Assembly (NCBI GenBank): GCA_963728565.1
Contig: CAVSLC010000018.1
Coordinates: 32,001-96,000 of the forward strand
From: an uncultured delta proteobacterium
GTDB lineage: Bacteria; Desulfobacterota; Binatia; UBA9968
Direction of reading: 5' to 3'
Length of the DNA stretch: 64,000 nt
A program made the position numbers and the translations under genes. The notes beneath the pieces were generated by a model. It saw only the letters and a program-made list of their open reading frames with translations. It ran no database searches and was not told the DNA's origin. The number at the start of each line of letters is the position of its first letter. Position 1 is the stretch's first letter. Of this stretch, positions 11,005 through 21,100 are shown one piece after another.

Positions 11005-11304
11005 TTGATGTATTACCTTAGAATTGAAATATTTGTCATAGCACGACAAAAATACAGCGCTGTCAGCATCTGCAAGAAGCAATCCACAGCTGCCCTTAGA
11101 TCATTAAATAATAAATATTGTAGGATGATCAAAATCGAAAAACAGATACATATTAAGCGAGTCGAATCTAATTGACTGCACCAGCATGGCGTTACCATAA
11201 CATTCGCATCTCGCGAGGGAACTAATAAGCTCCTCGCGCCGCTATCGATTCCACGCCGGAATCAGTTACATAACTTGCTCAAAGACACAAAAGTTATAAG
11301 GTGG

Positions 11305-11349
11305 TGCCGAATCTGACAAGTCTTCAATTGATTTTTGTCAACGTCGGCA
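11305..11349. promoter_or_regulatory. Paired enhancer-like sites TGYCR-N4-YGRCA
   Basis: TGCCGAATCTGACA (11305-11318) and TGTCAACGTCGGCA (11336-11349). Confidence 0.6.
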
Positions 11350-11402
11350 AAAATACAATTGCCTTACCTCCAAGTCTTCAAACATCTCAAGAGCTTACTT
11401 TG

Positions 11403-11417
11403 TGGCATTAGAGTTGC
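11403..11417 (+). promoter_or_regulatory. sigma54 -24/-12 promoter for flp copy 2
   Basis: TGGCATTAGAGTTGC, ending 55 bp before the flp ATG. Confidence 0.8.
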
Positions 11418-11471
11418 GCTATGCCGCGTCGTGATACCACAACGTCGTAAAAAGCAACAAAGGGGAAAGTC

Positions 11472-11657
11472 ATGAAACCACTAAAGAACTTGCGTAATGA
11501 GCGGGGTCAGGGATTGATGGAATATACCTTGATCGTATTTCTGGTGGCCCTGGTTTTCTGGGGCGGCATGAGAAGCACTAACATTGGCGATGAACTGGCG
11601 GGAAGCTGGAGCAAAGTCGTTGATTGCATCGCCGCTCCATTCTCCTGTGGCTCGTAA
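11472..11657 (+). CDS. flp: Flp family pilin, copy 2 (protein identical to copy 1)
   Basis: Same G|QGLMEY motif; one synonymous difference. Confidence 0.9.
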   Translation: MKPLKNLRNERGQGLMEYTLIVFLVALVFWGGMRSTNIGDELAGSWSKVVDCIAAPFSCGS

Positions 11658-11682
11658 TCGACCCTGCTGATCAGGAGCTCGC

Positions 11683-11928
11683 ATGTCCGATTTGAGAACC
11701 TTTTATCGAAAGCTGCCGCACGAGAATGTATGGCACTTCTGCAGGAAATGCGAGAACTGGCCTCAGTTTGGATACGGTGAACGCGACGATACGGATCCCC
11801 ATTCGGTGATCTTCTGCTTCCGATGCATCGAGCATCATCGTACAAGCCCGTGCGAATGGCTTCACTTGGAATTGTCCCCGGATCCGCTGTCTCTGCGAAG
11901 CGTCAGAGGGGCGACCTCGTTTGTCTAA
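11683..11928 (+). CDS. Cys4 microprotein, paralog B
   Basis: MSDLRTFYRK...WHFCRKCENWP...FCFRC; 81 aa. Confidence 0.75.
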   Translation: MSDLRTFYRKLPHENVWHFCRKCENWPQFGYGERDDTDPHSVIFCFRCIEHHRTSPCEWLHLELSPDPLSLRSVRGATSFV

Positions 11929-11946
11929 AGCTATGAAGGAATTCCA

Positions 11947-12309
11947 ATGAAGAAGATTTTGATCGCCGATGACTATCCAGACATGCGTGAATTGCTGGGC
12001 AGACAGATAGAATCTCTGGGCTTCGTTCCAATTCTGGCTGAAAACGGTAAGGACGTTTTAGAGAAAGCTATCCGTGAGAAACCGCAGTTGATACTACTTG
12101 ATATGATCATGCCGATAATGGACGGTTGGGAAGCCGTCCGAAGTTTGCGGGCCAATCCTGAAACCAAGGACATACCGATTTTGGCAGCAACGGCGTTATT
12201 TCACCAATCGGATCTCAACACCTGCATAGAACAAGGTTGCGACGGCTACATCAATAAGCCGTTTACCATCGTGGAACTTAAAAAAAAGGTCGAGGAACTT
12301 ATTCGCTAA
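11947..12309 (+). CDS. Single-domain response regulator (CheY/DivK-like)
   Basis: ILIADD, ILLDMIMP (Asp intact), ATA, INKP. Confidence 0.92.
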   Translation: MKKILIADDYPDMRELLGRQIESLGFVPILAENGKDVLEKAIREKPQLILLDMIMPIMDGWEAVRSLRANPETKDIPILAATALFHQSDLNTCIEQGCDGYINKPFTIVELKKKVEELIR

Positions 12310-12374
12310 ATGAACGGGCAACCGCGGGCGGTGTCCTGTGTTGCAGTGTATAGATAAACGATCGGCTACGAAGA

Positions 12375-13376
12375 TCATTTATAAAGCTTATCGACGAATC
12401 CTGACTTACCGAGTTCCATGAGTATGGAGTTGTCGATGAGACTTTCTGGCTTGGCCGCTTTGGCGTTCTGATGCGACGCGAAGTTAAGCATTGTTTGTAC
12501 GGCCGCAGCCGGGACCATGGGAAGCCGTTCCCAAGCGGGTACAAATGCTTGATAAGAACTTTCCAAGTCTGCCGCATCGGTTGTCTTGGTATACTTGCCG
12601 ATCATCTGTTTGGCGAAATCCGCGTCAGTGAGAGCGGTTTTAATGCCCTCGAGATATGCCTGCAAAAACCGCCGCGCTAAATCAGGATGGGTCTTGAGAT
12701 AATCTCTGGTTGTTGCTAGAGCCGCGTGGATCATTGGAATATTCTTCTCCGTCACATTCACCAGTTCTTTCAGTCCTGCGGTGCGCGCTTTCAAAGTTGT
12801 TGGCGCTGTAAAGATTCCCGCCACGGCGTTTCCCTGGTTTATTCCCGCCAAAATTTCCGGCATTCCCCTGAGATAAAGAAGCTTGACATCCTTTCCCGGC
12901 GCCAAACCCGATTGTTGGAGCAGCACACGGGCGGCGAAATCAGTGGTCGCGCCGGGCACGGTAACGCCCAGGACTTTGCCTTTTAGGTCGGACATCGAGT
13001 TGATCTCCGGCTTTGCATAGATCGACATCACGGCTCGATTGAGAATTCCCGCGATGAATACCACCGGCTCGCCATTCAATCCTGCTTCGACGATCTCACC
13101 GCCCGGATTGATAATATCAAGGTTCTTGGCCAGCAGTGCCTGAGTCGCGGTGGCCGGCGCGATGTATCGTAGGTCGACATTCAAGCCGTATTTAGTGAAT
13201 AAGCCTCTCTCCGTTGCAATCCACAACGGCGCGAAGGCGCCGCTAATGGCTGCATAGTTAGCGCGTACCAGGGGCATCTCAGCCGCGCGAGCTGCACCGG
13301 AACCGGTGAGAATGTAAAATAGTGACAGCAGAACTGCCGATCCGCAGGCTCGTACCGAGATTCTAATTACCCTCAT
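12375..13376 (-). CDS. NMT1/THI5-like substrate-binding protein
   Basis: Signal peptide; APLWIATERGLFTKYGL; DLKGKVLGV. Confidence 0.88.
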   Translation of the reverse strand: MRVIRISVRACGSAVLLSLFYILTGSGAARAAEMPLVRANYAAISGAFAPLWIATERGLFTKYGLNVDLRYIAPATATQALLAKNLDIINPGGEIVEAGLNGEPVVFIAGILNRAVMSIYAKPEINSMSDLKGKVLGVTVPGATTDFAARVLLQQSGLAPGKDVKLLYLRGMPEILAGINQGNAVAGIFTAPTTLKARTAGLKELVNVTEKNIPMIHAALATTRDYLKTHPDLARRFLQAYLEGIKTALTDADFAKQMIGKYTKTTDAADLESSYQAFVPAWERLPMVPAAAVQTMLNFASHQNAKAAKPESLIDNSILMELGKSGFVDKLYK

Positions 13377-13509
13377 TTGGCCTCCGCGTTCCTAACGATC
13401 ATTTTATCTAAGCTCTATCACAAATCGGTTTCTCGTCAGTATTGCCATGAAACGTCAAGTCGCGATTTTTACCTGCAATCCAAGATGCGACTCGGGTGCA
13501 ATAACAGCA

Positions 13510-14508
13510 TTATTGCTTATATAATTGTTTGATAAAGCCGGTGGCTTCGATTTCTTGCACCAAACTCATATCGACGAACGCCTTAGGATCGGCCGTCGCC
13601 GCCTTTGGGTTTCGTGGCGCAAGGTCGTCCAGCATGGTTTTGACGCCATCCGGAGTGGGAAGCAAATTTTCCGGAAAAACGGAGACATAAGCTTGGTAGG
13701 CTCTTTCAAGACCTTCTGGATCGGTGAGCTTGAGATTTTTGCTGTAGATCGCCTTGGTTCCTTCTCTGTCGTTTTTGATGTAGTGAATGGCTTCCATCAT
13801 TGCGCGAGAAAATTTCGTCAACACCGCTCGATTTGACTTCACGGCCGACTCTTTGGCGAGAACAGCATTCCACCAGAACGGTATTTTTAATGACTGGATA
13901 TCGAACAGATCTTTGAACCCTAACTTCTCAGCTTCACGGACAAAAGGCTCCGGCATGATGCTGAACTGAATGATCCCGCGAGAAATCGCCGCCAGTCTCG
14001 CCGGATTGTCTCCGGCGGTAATAATCTTGACGTCTTTTTCCGGATCAATCCCCTTCCGGCGCAGCGCCAGCCGGAGCCCCAAATCCGAAGTGCTGCCGAG
14101 GCGGTTTACCCCGCCTGTCTTACCCTTTATCTGCTCGAGAGTCGTAACGCTCGGATGGGAGATGATGTGATCTAGGAAAGTCGGTACCATTCCTAGAATC
14201 ATCACGATATCGGCCCCTGCCAGGCGAGAGAGGGCGAGCGTAGTGACGGAAGTTACGATCACATCTACTTCGCCAGCAAGCAAAGCCTGTAGCGCAATCG
14301 GGCTTGCGGAAATACTGATCACCTCGCCGTTAAGTCCGTGTTTCTTGAGCAACCCTCTTTCTTGAACCACCCAAATCGGGCTATTTGCCGGACTCACTCC
14401 AGCCCAGGCGATCCGAATTCTTTCCTGTGCGAGGGCCTGATCTCTTTCACCTGAGAGAACGACCAGAGCAGTGAGTAAGACTAAAACAATCCGTCTTAAA
14501 GATGCCAT
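13510..14508 (-). CDS. NMT1/THI5-like substrate-binding protein
   Basis: Signal peptide; PIWVVQERGLLKKHGL; GIDPEKDV. Confidence 0.88.
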   Translation of the reverse strand: MASLRRIVLVLLTALVVLSGERDQALAQERIRIAWAGVSPANSPIWVVQERGLLKKHGLNGEVISISASPIALQALLAGEVDVIVTSVTTLALSRLAGADIVMILGMVPTFLDHIISHPSVTTLEQIKGKTGGVNRLGSTSDLGLRLALRRKGIDPEKDVKIITAGDNPARLAAISRGIIQFSIMPEPFVREAEKLGFKDLFDIQSLKIPFWWNAVLAKESAVKSNRAVLTKFSRAMMEAIHYIKNDREGTKAIYSKNLKLTDPEGLERAYQAYVSVFPENLLPTPDGVKTMLDDLAPRNPKAATADPKAFVDMSLVQEIEATGFIKQLYKQ

Positions 14509-14564
14509 GATTTAAGCTCCCAACTTCAGTGATGTCACGCAGGTCGTGTTACATCGAAAAGCGC

Positions 14565-15374
14565 TCAGACTCTCTGCTCCCATTTCAACAGTGATAAAAA
14601 ATTGCTCGAGAAAACTTTTCTCAAGTCCTCCTGATTGAGTTTGGCGGCCCGGGTTACGTGTCTCGATATTTTTTCAACTTCCATGGACAATGGATTGTAA
14701 GGATGATCGGAGCCAAAGAGGATCTTGCTTGTGCCAACGCCGCGAAAGGCCTCGAGCAGCAGCGGCATCCAACCCACGACTGACGTTTCCAGAAAAATAT
14801 TTTCATTCTGCCGAGCCACCGCCACCGCCAACTTTACATATTCCGAAACACCCATGTGGCCGAGAATAACCGGGACATCTTTATACTTGGCGGCGAGCTC
14901 TGCGATAACCCCTGGTGATGCCTTGCTCGACATTCCAGTATGGAAAATAATCGGCACATGATAGCGCCGAGCCGCAGCATAAATCGGCTCCATTAACTCC
15001 GCTTCGTTCGGATCGAAGAACTCGATCTCCGGATGGAGTTTGATTCCCTTCAGTTTGAGATTACCCAGGCAATGCTCCAGCGCATCCGCCGAAGCCTGCG
15101 GGCCAAAATTAGGATTGATCCTGCAGAAACTGATGATACGTGTGGGATGCTTGGCCATTTCCTCCGCCATGATTTGGTTTGCCTCTGAATAGTCCGTGTA
15201 TGAAGCTCCCAGAGGAAAGGCCACGGCACAATCGAGGCCTGCTTCGTCGAGATTACGGACTAAATCATCGCCAAGAAAACTCGCCACTCCGTGGCCCAAT
15301 GGGGTTTTGCGCCGCCCCAAGTGAGAATGGGCGTCGACCGCGTAATATTCAGAATCGTTAATGCGTAAAGCCAT
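14565..15374 (-). CDS. Amidohydrolase-2 family protein
   Basis: DAHSH, GIKLHP, IFHTG, LGHMG, LFGSDHP. Confidence 0.9.
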   Translation of the reverse strand: MALRINDSEYYAVDAHSHLGRRKTPLGHGVASFLGDDLVRNLDEAGLDCAVAFPLGASYTDYSEANQIMAEEMAKHPTRIISFCRINPNFGPQASADALEHCLGNLKLKGIKLHPEIEFFDPNEAELMEPIYAAARRYHVPIIFHTGMSSKASPGVIAELAAKYKDVPVILGHMGVSEYVKLAVAVARQNENIFLETSVVGWMPLLLEAFRGVGTSKILFGSDHPYNPLSMEVEKISRHVTRAAKLNQEDLRKVFSSNFLSLLKWEQRV

Positions 15375-15720
15375 TTAAGATCTCCTTCATCCGACTAGGA
15401 CGCCGTGATCAACGCTTCATACGAATGTCGCGTCATCTGAAAATTCCTACCGACCTAAATTATCGGATTTGAACTCAACAAACCATTGGGACGGTTGCGG
15501 GCAATCGGCAGCAACTATTGCGCCAGCTCTAATATGGTTCATAAGCCCTGTCAACCAATGGGAGTTTGGCGCTCCTGGTTTGCTTGTGCAAATGTCTTTG
15601 AATCGATCCTGATGATCCGGCCGAGCGCTCGCCCGGGAACTTGGCTGATGAGAGAAGTTTTTGTGGTGTCATAATCAGCGAAATTCTAGCCGGCAGCTAC
15701 TGGCGACGCTTGAGAAAAAC

Positions 15721-15750
15721 TTGACACGGGTAGTTAGTAAATGCTAACTA
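15721..15750 (+). promoter_or_regulatory. sigma70-type -35 with adjacent palindromic TetR operator
   Basis: TTGACA at 15721; TAGTTAGTAAATGCTAACTA (15731-15750) ends 6 bp before the tetR ATG, suggesting a leaderless mRNA. Confidence 0.7.
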
Positions 15751-15756
15751 ACCAGT

Positions 15757-16446
15757 ATGGGAAATGTCGCACGGCTGTCGGCAGATCAGAGAAAGCAAGC
15801 GATTGTCGATGCTGTCCGGGACGTTTTTGCCGAGAAAGGGTTTGACGGCACGACCACCCGGGAGCTAGCTAAAGCGGCCGGTGTTTCGGAAGCGCTGCTC
15901 TACAAGCATTTTCCCAGCAAAGAATCTCTTTATGCGGCGATGTTGGATGCCTGCGCCAAAGGACCGGCGTTTGTACAGTTCAAGCGGATCTTGGCGCTTG
16001 AGCCGTCGACTTCAACGTTGGTTTTGATGGTTTATTTCACCATCTCTCACTATGTGCTGCAGCGTCCGGGCGATCCGCACAAAGCGGCGCTGAATTGCCT
16101 GCTCGTACGCAGCCTGCTTGAGGACGGAGCTTTGGTTCGGCTGACACACAAGAAATTTGCCAGCGCGTGGGTCGCCAAGTTCGAGGCTTGCGTGAAGGAA
16201 GCGGTCAAGACCGGAGATATCGACGAGACGCGGTTGCGCCGAGATTTACGGGTTTGGTTTGTGCACCACATTGGGTTCTCGTTGATGCTGCACCTCCATC
16301 CCAAAGTGCCGGCGATTGATTACAACGTGTCCAAGGATGCGTTGGTCGAGCAGGCGACGTGGTTTGCACTTCGGGGGGTAGGTTTGGGAGAAGAAGCAAT
16401 CAAACGTTTTTATAACCCCAAGGCATTATCTCTACTGGGTGATTAA
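15757..16446 (+). CDS. TetR/AcrR family regulator
   Basis: FAEKGFDGTTTRELAKAAGVSEALLYKHF HTH. Confidence 0.93.
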   Translation: MGNVARLSADQRKQAIVDAVRDVFAEKGFDGTTTRELAKAAGVSEALLYKHFPSKESLYAAMLDACAKGPAFVQFKRILALEPSTSTLVLMVYFTISHYVLQRPGDPHKAALNCLLVRSLLEDGALVRLTHKKFASAWVAKFEACVKEAVKTGDIDETRLRRDLRVWFVHHIGFSLMLHLHPKVPAIDYNVSKDALVEQATWFALRGVGLGEEAIKRFYNPKALSLLGD

Positions 16447-16455
16447 ATTTAATGT

Positions 16456-16473
16456 GGTGAGTAGAAGCTCACC
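16456..16473. promoter_or_regulatory. Probable second TetR operator
   Basis: GGTGAGTAGAAGCTCACC palindrome; core resembles the operator at 15733-15748 (12/16 identical). Confidence 0.5.
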
Positions 16474-16491
16474 GGAGAATGTGAGAGGAAA

Positions 16492-16938
16492 ATGAAAAAC
16501 AAGACAATGGAACAAAAAGAGACCCATCTAGAAGAAGAACAACAAGAGAAAAGCTTCAGCGCAGAGGATCGCTTGAGCCCATTGTTCCAGCCCGACACTT
16601 TAATGTCGGACGAGTACTTCGCAAACTACCGGAGAAGGATTCCTTTGGAGCCGGAGAAAACCTTGCTGCTGGCCGTTTTGGAAGACGGAGTGCGCACCTT
16701 TCAGGACAATATCTGTGCTGAGACCGGCAAGAAGCGCGTGCTGCTGGACGAAGCCCGCGAGTGGCTTTTCAGCGACGGCTTTGAGCACGTTTTTTCGTTT
16801 AACTCAGTCTGCTCTTCGCTGGGAATTGATCCGGGGTACATCCGTCGCGGCCTGAAGCGCTGGGAGGAGCACACGCGAGCTGCAACAAGGAAGAAGCAGC
16901 GAGTATCCCAAGCTGCTCCTGAACGTCTGGTAGCCTAA
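16492..16938 (+). CDS. Conserved hypothetical protein (FQPDTL..PEK.LLLAVLED..EAREW..FSF..VC..LGIDP.YIRRGL)
   Basis: Motif pattern recognised from a hypothetical family recalled as common in Binatia-like genomes; SD GAGG. Confidence 0.75.
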   Translation: MKNKTMEQKETHLEEEQQEKSFSAEDRLSPLFQPDTLMSDEYFANYRRRIPLEPEKTLLLAVLEDGVRTFQDNICAETGKKRVLLDEAREWLFSDGFEHVFSFNSVCSSLGIDPGYIRRGLKRWEEHTRAATRKKQRVSQAAPERLVA

Positions 16939-16941
16939 TCG

Positions 16942-18117
16942 ATGAGACGGTTGGCGCTGACTCAGGACGGTGAGAGCCCTCTTAAAGTGAATGAGATTTT
17001 GGGCCTGCTGCTGATTCTGTTCTTGTTCGGATGTGACAGACAAGCGCCCGCCTCTCTCGAGCGTCCGCCCGCGCCGGTTTCCGTCGCTGCCGCGCTGACT
17101 CAAGATGTGCCGATCTATATCGATGCTGTCGGCAAGATTGTCGCCCGAGAGGTGGTTTCCATCCAGCCGCAGGTATCGGGAAGGGTTACGAACATTCATT
17201 TCGCCGACGGCGCCGATGTCAAAGCCGGGGAGGTGCTGTTCACAATCGACCCACGTCCCTATCAGGCCAACCTCAATCAAGCCGAAGCCAATGTCGCCCA
17301 GGCGCAGGCGGCATTGAACCTGGCTAGGACCAACTTCGCCCGGGTTGAAAACCTCAGCGATCCTCGCGCGGTTTCGCGGCAAGACTTCGATGCCAAGAAA
17401 AATTCCGTGGAAGTAGCCGAAGCCCAGCTACGGCAGAATCGCGCCGCGGTGGAAATGGCTCGCTTGAATCTCGAATATTGCACGATCCGCTCGCCAATCG
17501 ATGGGCGCGCCGGGCAGCGGTTGGTGGATCTCGGTAATGTGGTTACGCCGGGCAATAGCCCTCTTTTGGTGATCCAAAGGCTGGATCCGATTTACGCCGA
17601 TTTTACAATTCCCGAGAGCGATCTTACCGAAGTACAGCGTCATATGGCGCGTCGGATGCTGCGCGCGGAGGTTCGGCTTGCCGACGAAATGACTAAAGCG
17701 CGCGAAGGAAAGCTGACCTTTCTCGATAATTCGGTGCAAGAAGGAACCGGCACCGTCAAGTTGCGCGCAACTGTGGAAAACAAGGACCGGCTTTTTTGGC
17801 CAGGGCGGTTTGCCAGAATCCGGTTGATTCTGGACACGCATCAGTCGGCGGTTTTGGTGCCGGCCGACGCGCCGCAACTTTCGGCCAAGGGGTCATTTGT
17901 CTACGTCGTCAAGCAGGACGAAAGCGCCGAGTTGCGGCAGGTGACTGTCGGCCAGCGCCACGGCGACCTAGTCGTCATTCGGCAAGGCGTGAAAGAAGGT
18001 GAGCGCGTCGTCACCAATGGCCAGCTTGGTGTTACCCCCGGCGGCAAGGTTAAGATCGCGGCTCCCGGATCAAAAAAAGGTCCAGCAGCAGCCTCGCAAT
18101 CTGGCATCAAATCATGA
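16942..18117 (+). CDS. RND periplasmic adaptor (MdtA-like), probable lipoprotein
   Basis: FLFGC lipobox-like; IQPQVSG; IDPRPY; IRSPIDG; TGTVKLRA. Confidence 0.92.
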   Translation: MRRLALTQDGESPLKVNEILGLLLILFLFGCDRQAPASLERPPAPVSVAAALTQDVPIYIDAVGKIVAREVVSIQPQVSGRVTNIHFADGADVKAGEVLFTIDPRPYQANLNQAEANVAQAQAALNLARTNFARVENLSDPRAVSRQDFDAKKNSVEVAEAQLRQNRAAVEMARLNLEYCTIRSPIDGRAGQRLVDLGNVVTPGNSPLLVIQRLDPIYADFTIPESDLTEVQRHMARRMLRAEVRLADEMTKAREGKLTFLDNSVQEGTGTVKLRATVENKDRLFWPGRFARIRLILDTHQSAVLVPADAPQLSAKGSFVYVVKQDESAELRQVTVGQRHGDLVVIRQGVKEGERVVTNGQLGVTPGGKVKIAAPGSKKGPAAASQSGIKS

Positions 18118-21100
18118 GCTTCTCGGAGTTATTCATTCGCCGGCCGGTCATGACGATGGTCTTGACCGTGTCGGTGGTTCTCTTTGGGATTCTCAGTTAC
18201 CTGCGTCTTCCGGTCAACGATTTGCCCGCAGTGGATTATCCCGTCATTCAGGTTCAAGCGAACTATCCGGGCGCCAGCCCCGATACCGTGGCGAACAGTA
18301 TCGCTACGCCTCTCGAGCGTCAGTTCATGCAGATCAACGGGCTCGAGCTGGTGATATCGAAGAGCACCCAGGGACATACCAGCTTGACTTTGCAATTTGC
18401 GTTGGACAAAAGCGTCGATGTAGCGGCCACCGACGTCCAAACGGCAATATCACAGGCCACCGGCAGTTTGCCGGTGGATCTACCTTCGCCACCGACATAC
18501 TCCAAGACCAATCCTAACGATCAACCGATCATGTATATTGCGCTGACCAGCGATTCCGTCACCGTGGGTCAGCTCTACGACTATGCCAGCACTCAAGTAG
18601 GCCAGCGCATTAGCATCCTGCCGGGGGTCAGCCGGGTCAATGTCTTTGGCGCCAAGTCGGCAGTGCGCATCAAAGCCGATCCGTCCGCCATGTGGGCCCG
18701 CGGCATTTCCGTTGAGGATCTCGCTGAAGCGATTCGCAACGGCACCAGCACCATCGGCGCGGGGCAATTCGACGGCTCCGGCGGAACGTTACTGCTTCGC
18801 CCGCAAGGTCAATTGGACGACGCCAAAGAGTATGGCGATCTAATCGTCAGCAGCAAGAACGGCTCGCCGGTTTATTTGCGCGATGTCGCGCAGGTAAAAA
18901 ATTCGGTCCAGGATGAGCGCATCAACATGCGCTTCTGGGTGCGCGGCTATGATCCGCCCGCAGCCACGGTAATTGTCGCGGTTAACCGGAAAGCGGGAGC
19001 CAATGCGGTGGAAGTGGCTCAAAGCGTTCGCCAGCTGCTGCCGCTGATCAGCACCGAGTTGCCGGGATCCGTGAGGGTGACTCCGATCTATGATCGTTCC
19101 CAGACGATCATTCACTCCATTCTCGACGTCCAGTTGACCTTGGCCATCGCCTTCGCGCTGGTGGTACTCGTCATATTTGTCTTTCTCGGCCGCGCCACCG
19201 ACACTTTGATACCCGCGGTGGCTTTGCCGTTGTCCTTGCTGATCACATTCGTGGTCATGGACCTGCTGGAATTCAGCCTTGATAATTTATCGCTCATGGC
19301 CCTCACCTTGGCGATCGGTTTTCTGGTCGACGATGCCATCGTTTTTCTTGAAAATACCGTGCGTCGGATGGAGCACGGCCAAAAAGCTCTCGAAGCAACC
19401 ATCGCCAGCGCTCGAGAGATCAGCTTCACGATCATCTCGATGACCATTTCGCTTGCCGCGGTTTTCATCCCGCTGGTCTTCATGCCGGGACTAGTCGGAC
19501 GGATCTTCCGCGAATTCGCGGTCACTATTGTCGTCGCCATCATCGCCTCGGGCTTGGTTTCGCTGACTTTGACCCCGCTGATGTGCGCTCGGATGTTAAG
19601 CGACCGCGGCAAAGGTTCCAAGCAAACGTGGATGGAAAGGAAGATGAGCGCTTGGGAAAAAAGGTTCCTCGACCGCTATAGCCGCGCCCTCTGGTGGTTT
19701 CTGCGTTTTCGTTGGGTCTCGGCGCTGATCTGGGTTGTTTGTCTGGCAGGTACGGTCTGGCTTTTCATGCTCGTTCCCAAGGCTTTTCTGCCGGCTGGGG
19801 ACAGCAGCTTTATATTCGGGTTGATGATCGGCCGCGAAGGGTCCTCGCCAGGGCAAATGCACCAGCTTCAGAACCAGGCCGACGAAATTCTCCGTGCCGA
19901 TCCAGGTGTCAGAGCCACTTTTACCATGACTGGTAACGGCCAGTTTCTCGCCTCGAACCAGGGCCTGCTCCTGGCGTTTCTTGAAGAACCCGGCAATCGC
20001 GCGCCGATCGAGGATGTAGCCGGGGGGTTGATGGGGAAACTGGCGACGGTGCCGGGGGTGATGCCGTTTATGCGGCCACGTCCGGTGCTCGAGATCAGCA
20101 CCGGCGCGACCAACCAAAATCAGGGGCAGTACGCATTCTCGCTCTCCGGTGTGAACCCCAAGCAAGTTTACGATGTCGCCGGCAAGCTGATGGAGCGTTT
20201 GCGGCCGTATCCGGGCTTTGCCAGTTTATCTTCCGACTATTTCAACAATACGCCGAACCTCGACATCGAAATCAAGCGCGAGGAGGCGCGGCTGCACGGA
20301 GTCTCAGAGGCGCGCATTCTTCAGTTGCTGCGCAGTGCCTATGCACAAAACTATCTTTATCTAATCAAAAAACCCGAAGATCAGTATCAGGTCATTCTGG
20401 AAGCCGAGGATGCGGCTCGCTCTGAAGCGCAAGATCTATCCTTGCTGCACATTAAATCCGACGACGGCAAAAAGCTTGTGCCACTGAACACATTGGTTAC
20501 CTGGAAAGAATCGCTGGGCCCGCAGGCAGTGAATCATCTCAATCAGTTCACCAGTGTCACTCTGTTCTTCAATCTCAGACCGGGAGTCGCAGTCGGCGAA
20601 GCCACAGATTTCATCAACAAAGCGGCGGCAGAAATTGTGCCGCCTACTGTCCGCGCCAGCCTGCAAGGTGAAGCGCAAACTTTTCAGGATACGGTGCGGC
20701 ATTTAACCCTGTTAATGGCCCTGGCTGTATTTGTCATGTACGTAATCCTGGCAATTCTTTATGAAAGCTACTTGCATCCTCTAACCGTTTTATCCACTTT
20801 GCCCACCGCATTGGTGGGAGGTCTGTTAACCCTGTGGCTTTTTGGCGAACAAGCATCGCTCTATGCGTTCGTCGGCATGTTTATGTTGATGGGCATCGTT
20901 AAAAAGAACGGCATCTTGATCGTTGATTTCGCTATCCATCGAGTTATCGCCGGCGAACGGGCCGACCAAGCGATTCACGATGCCAGCCTGGACCGTTTCC
21001 GTCCTATTCTGATGACGACCCTGGCCGCGGTATTTGGCGCGCTGCCGATTGCCTTGGGCATCGGCGCCGACGGCGCCTCGCGCCGGTCGCTGGGGCTGGT

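Larger units (their letters stand above)
11303..11712. repeat. Right arm of ~410-bp inverted repeat
   Basis: Reverse complement of 8758-9166. Confidence 0.95.

Noticed and set aside
8758-11712. Composite transposon or recombinase-driven invertible switch
   Set aside because: No transposase or recombinase in or near the repeats; the arms contain promoter and pilin sequence rather than IS sequence
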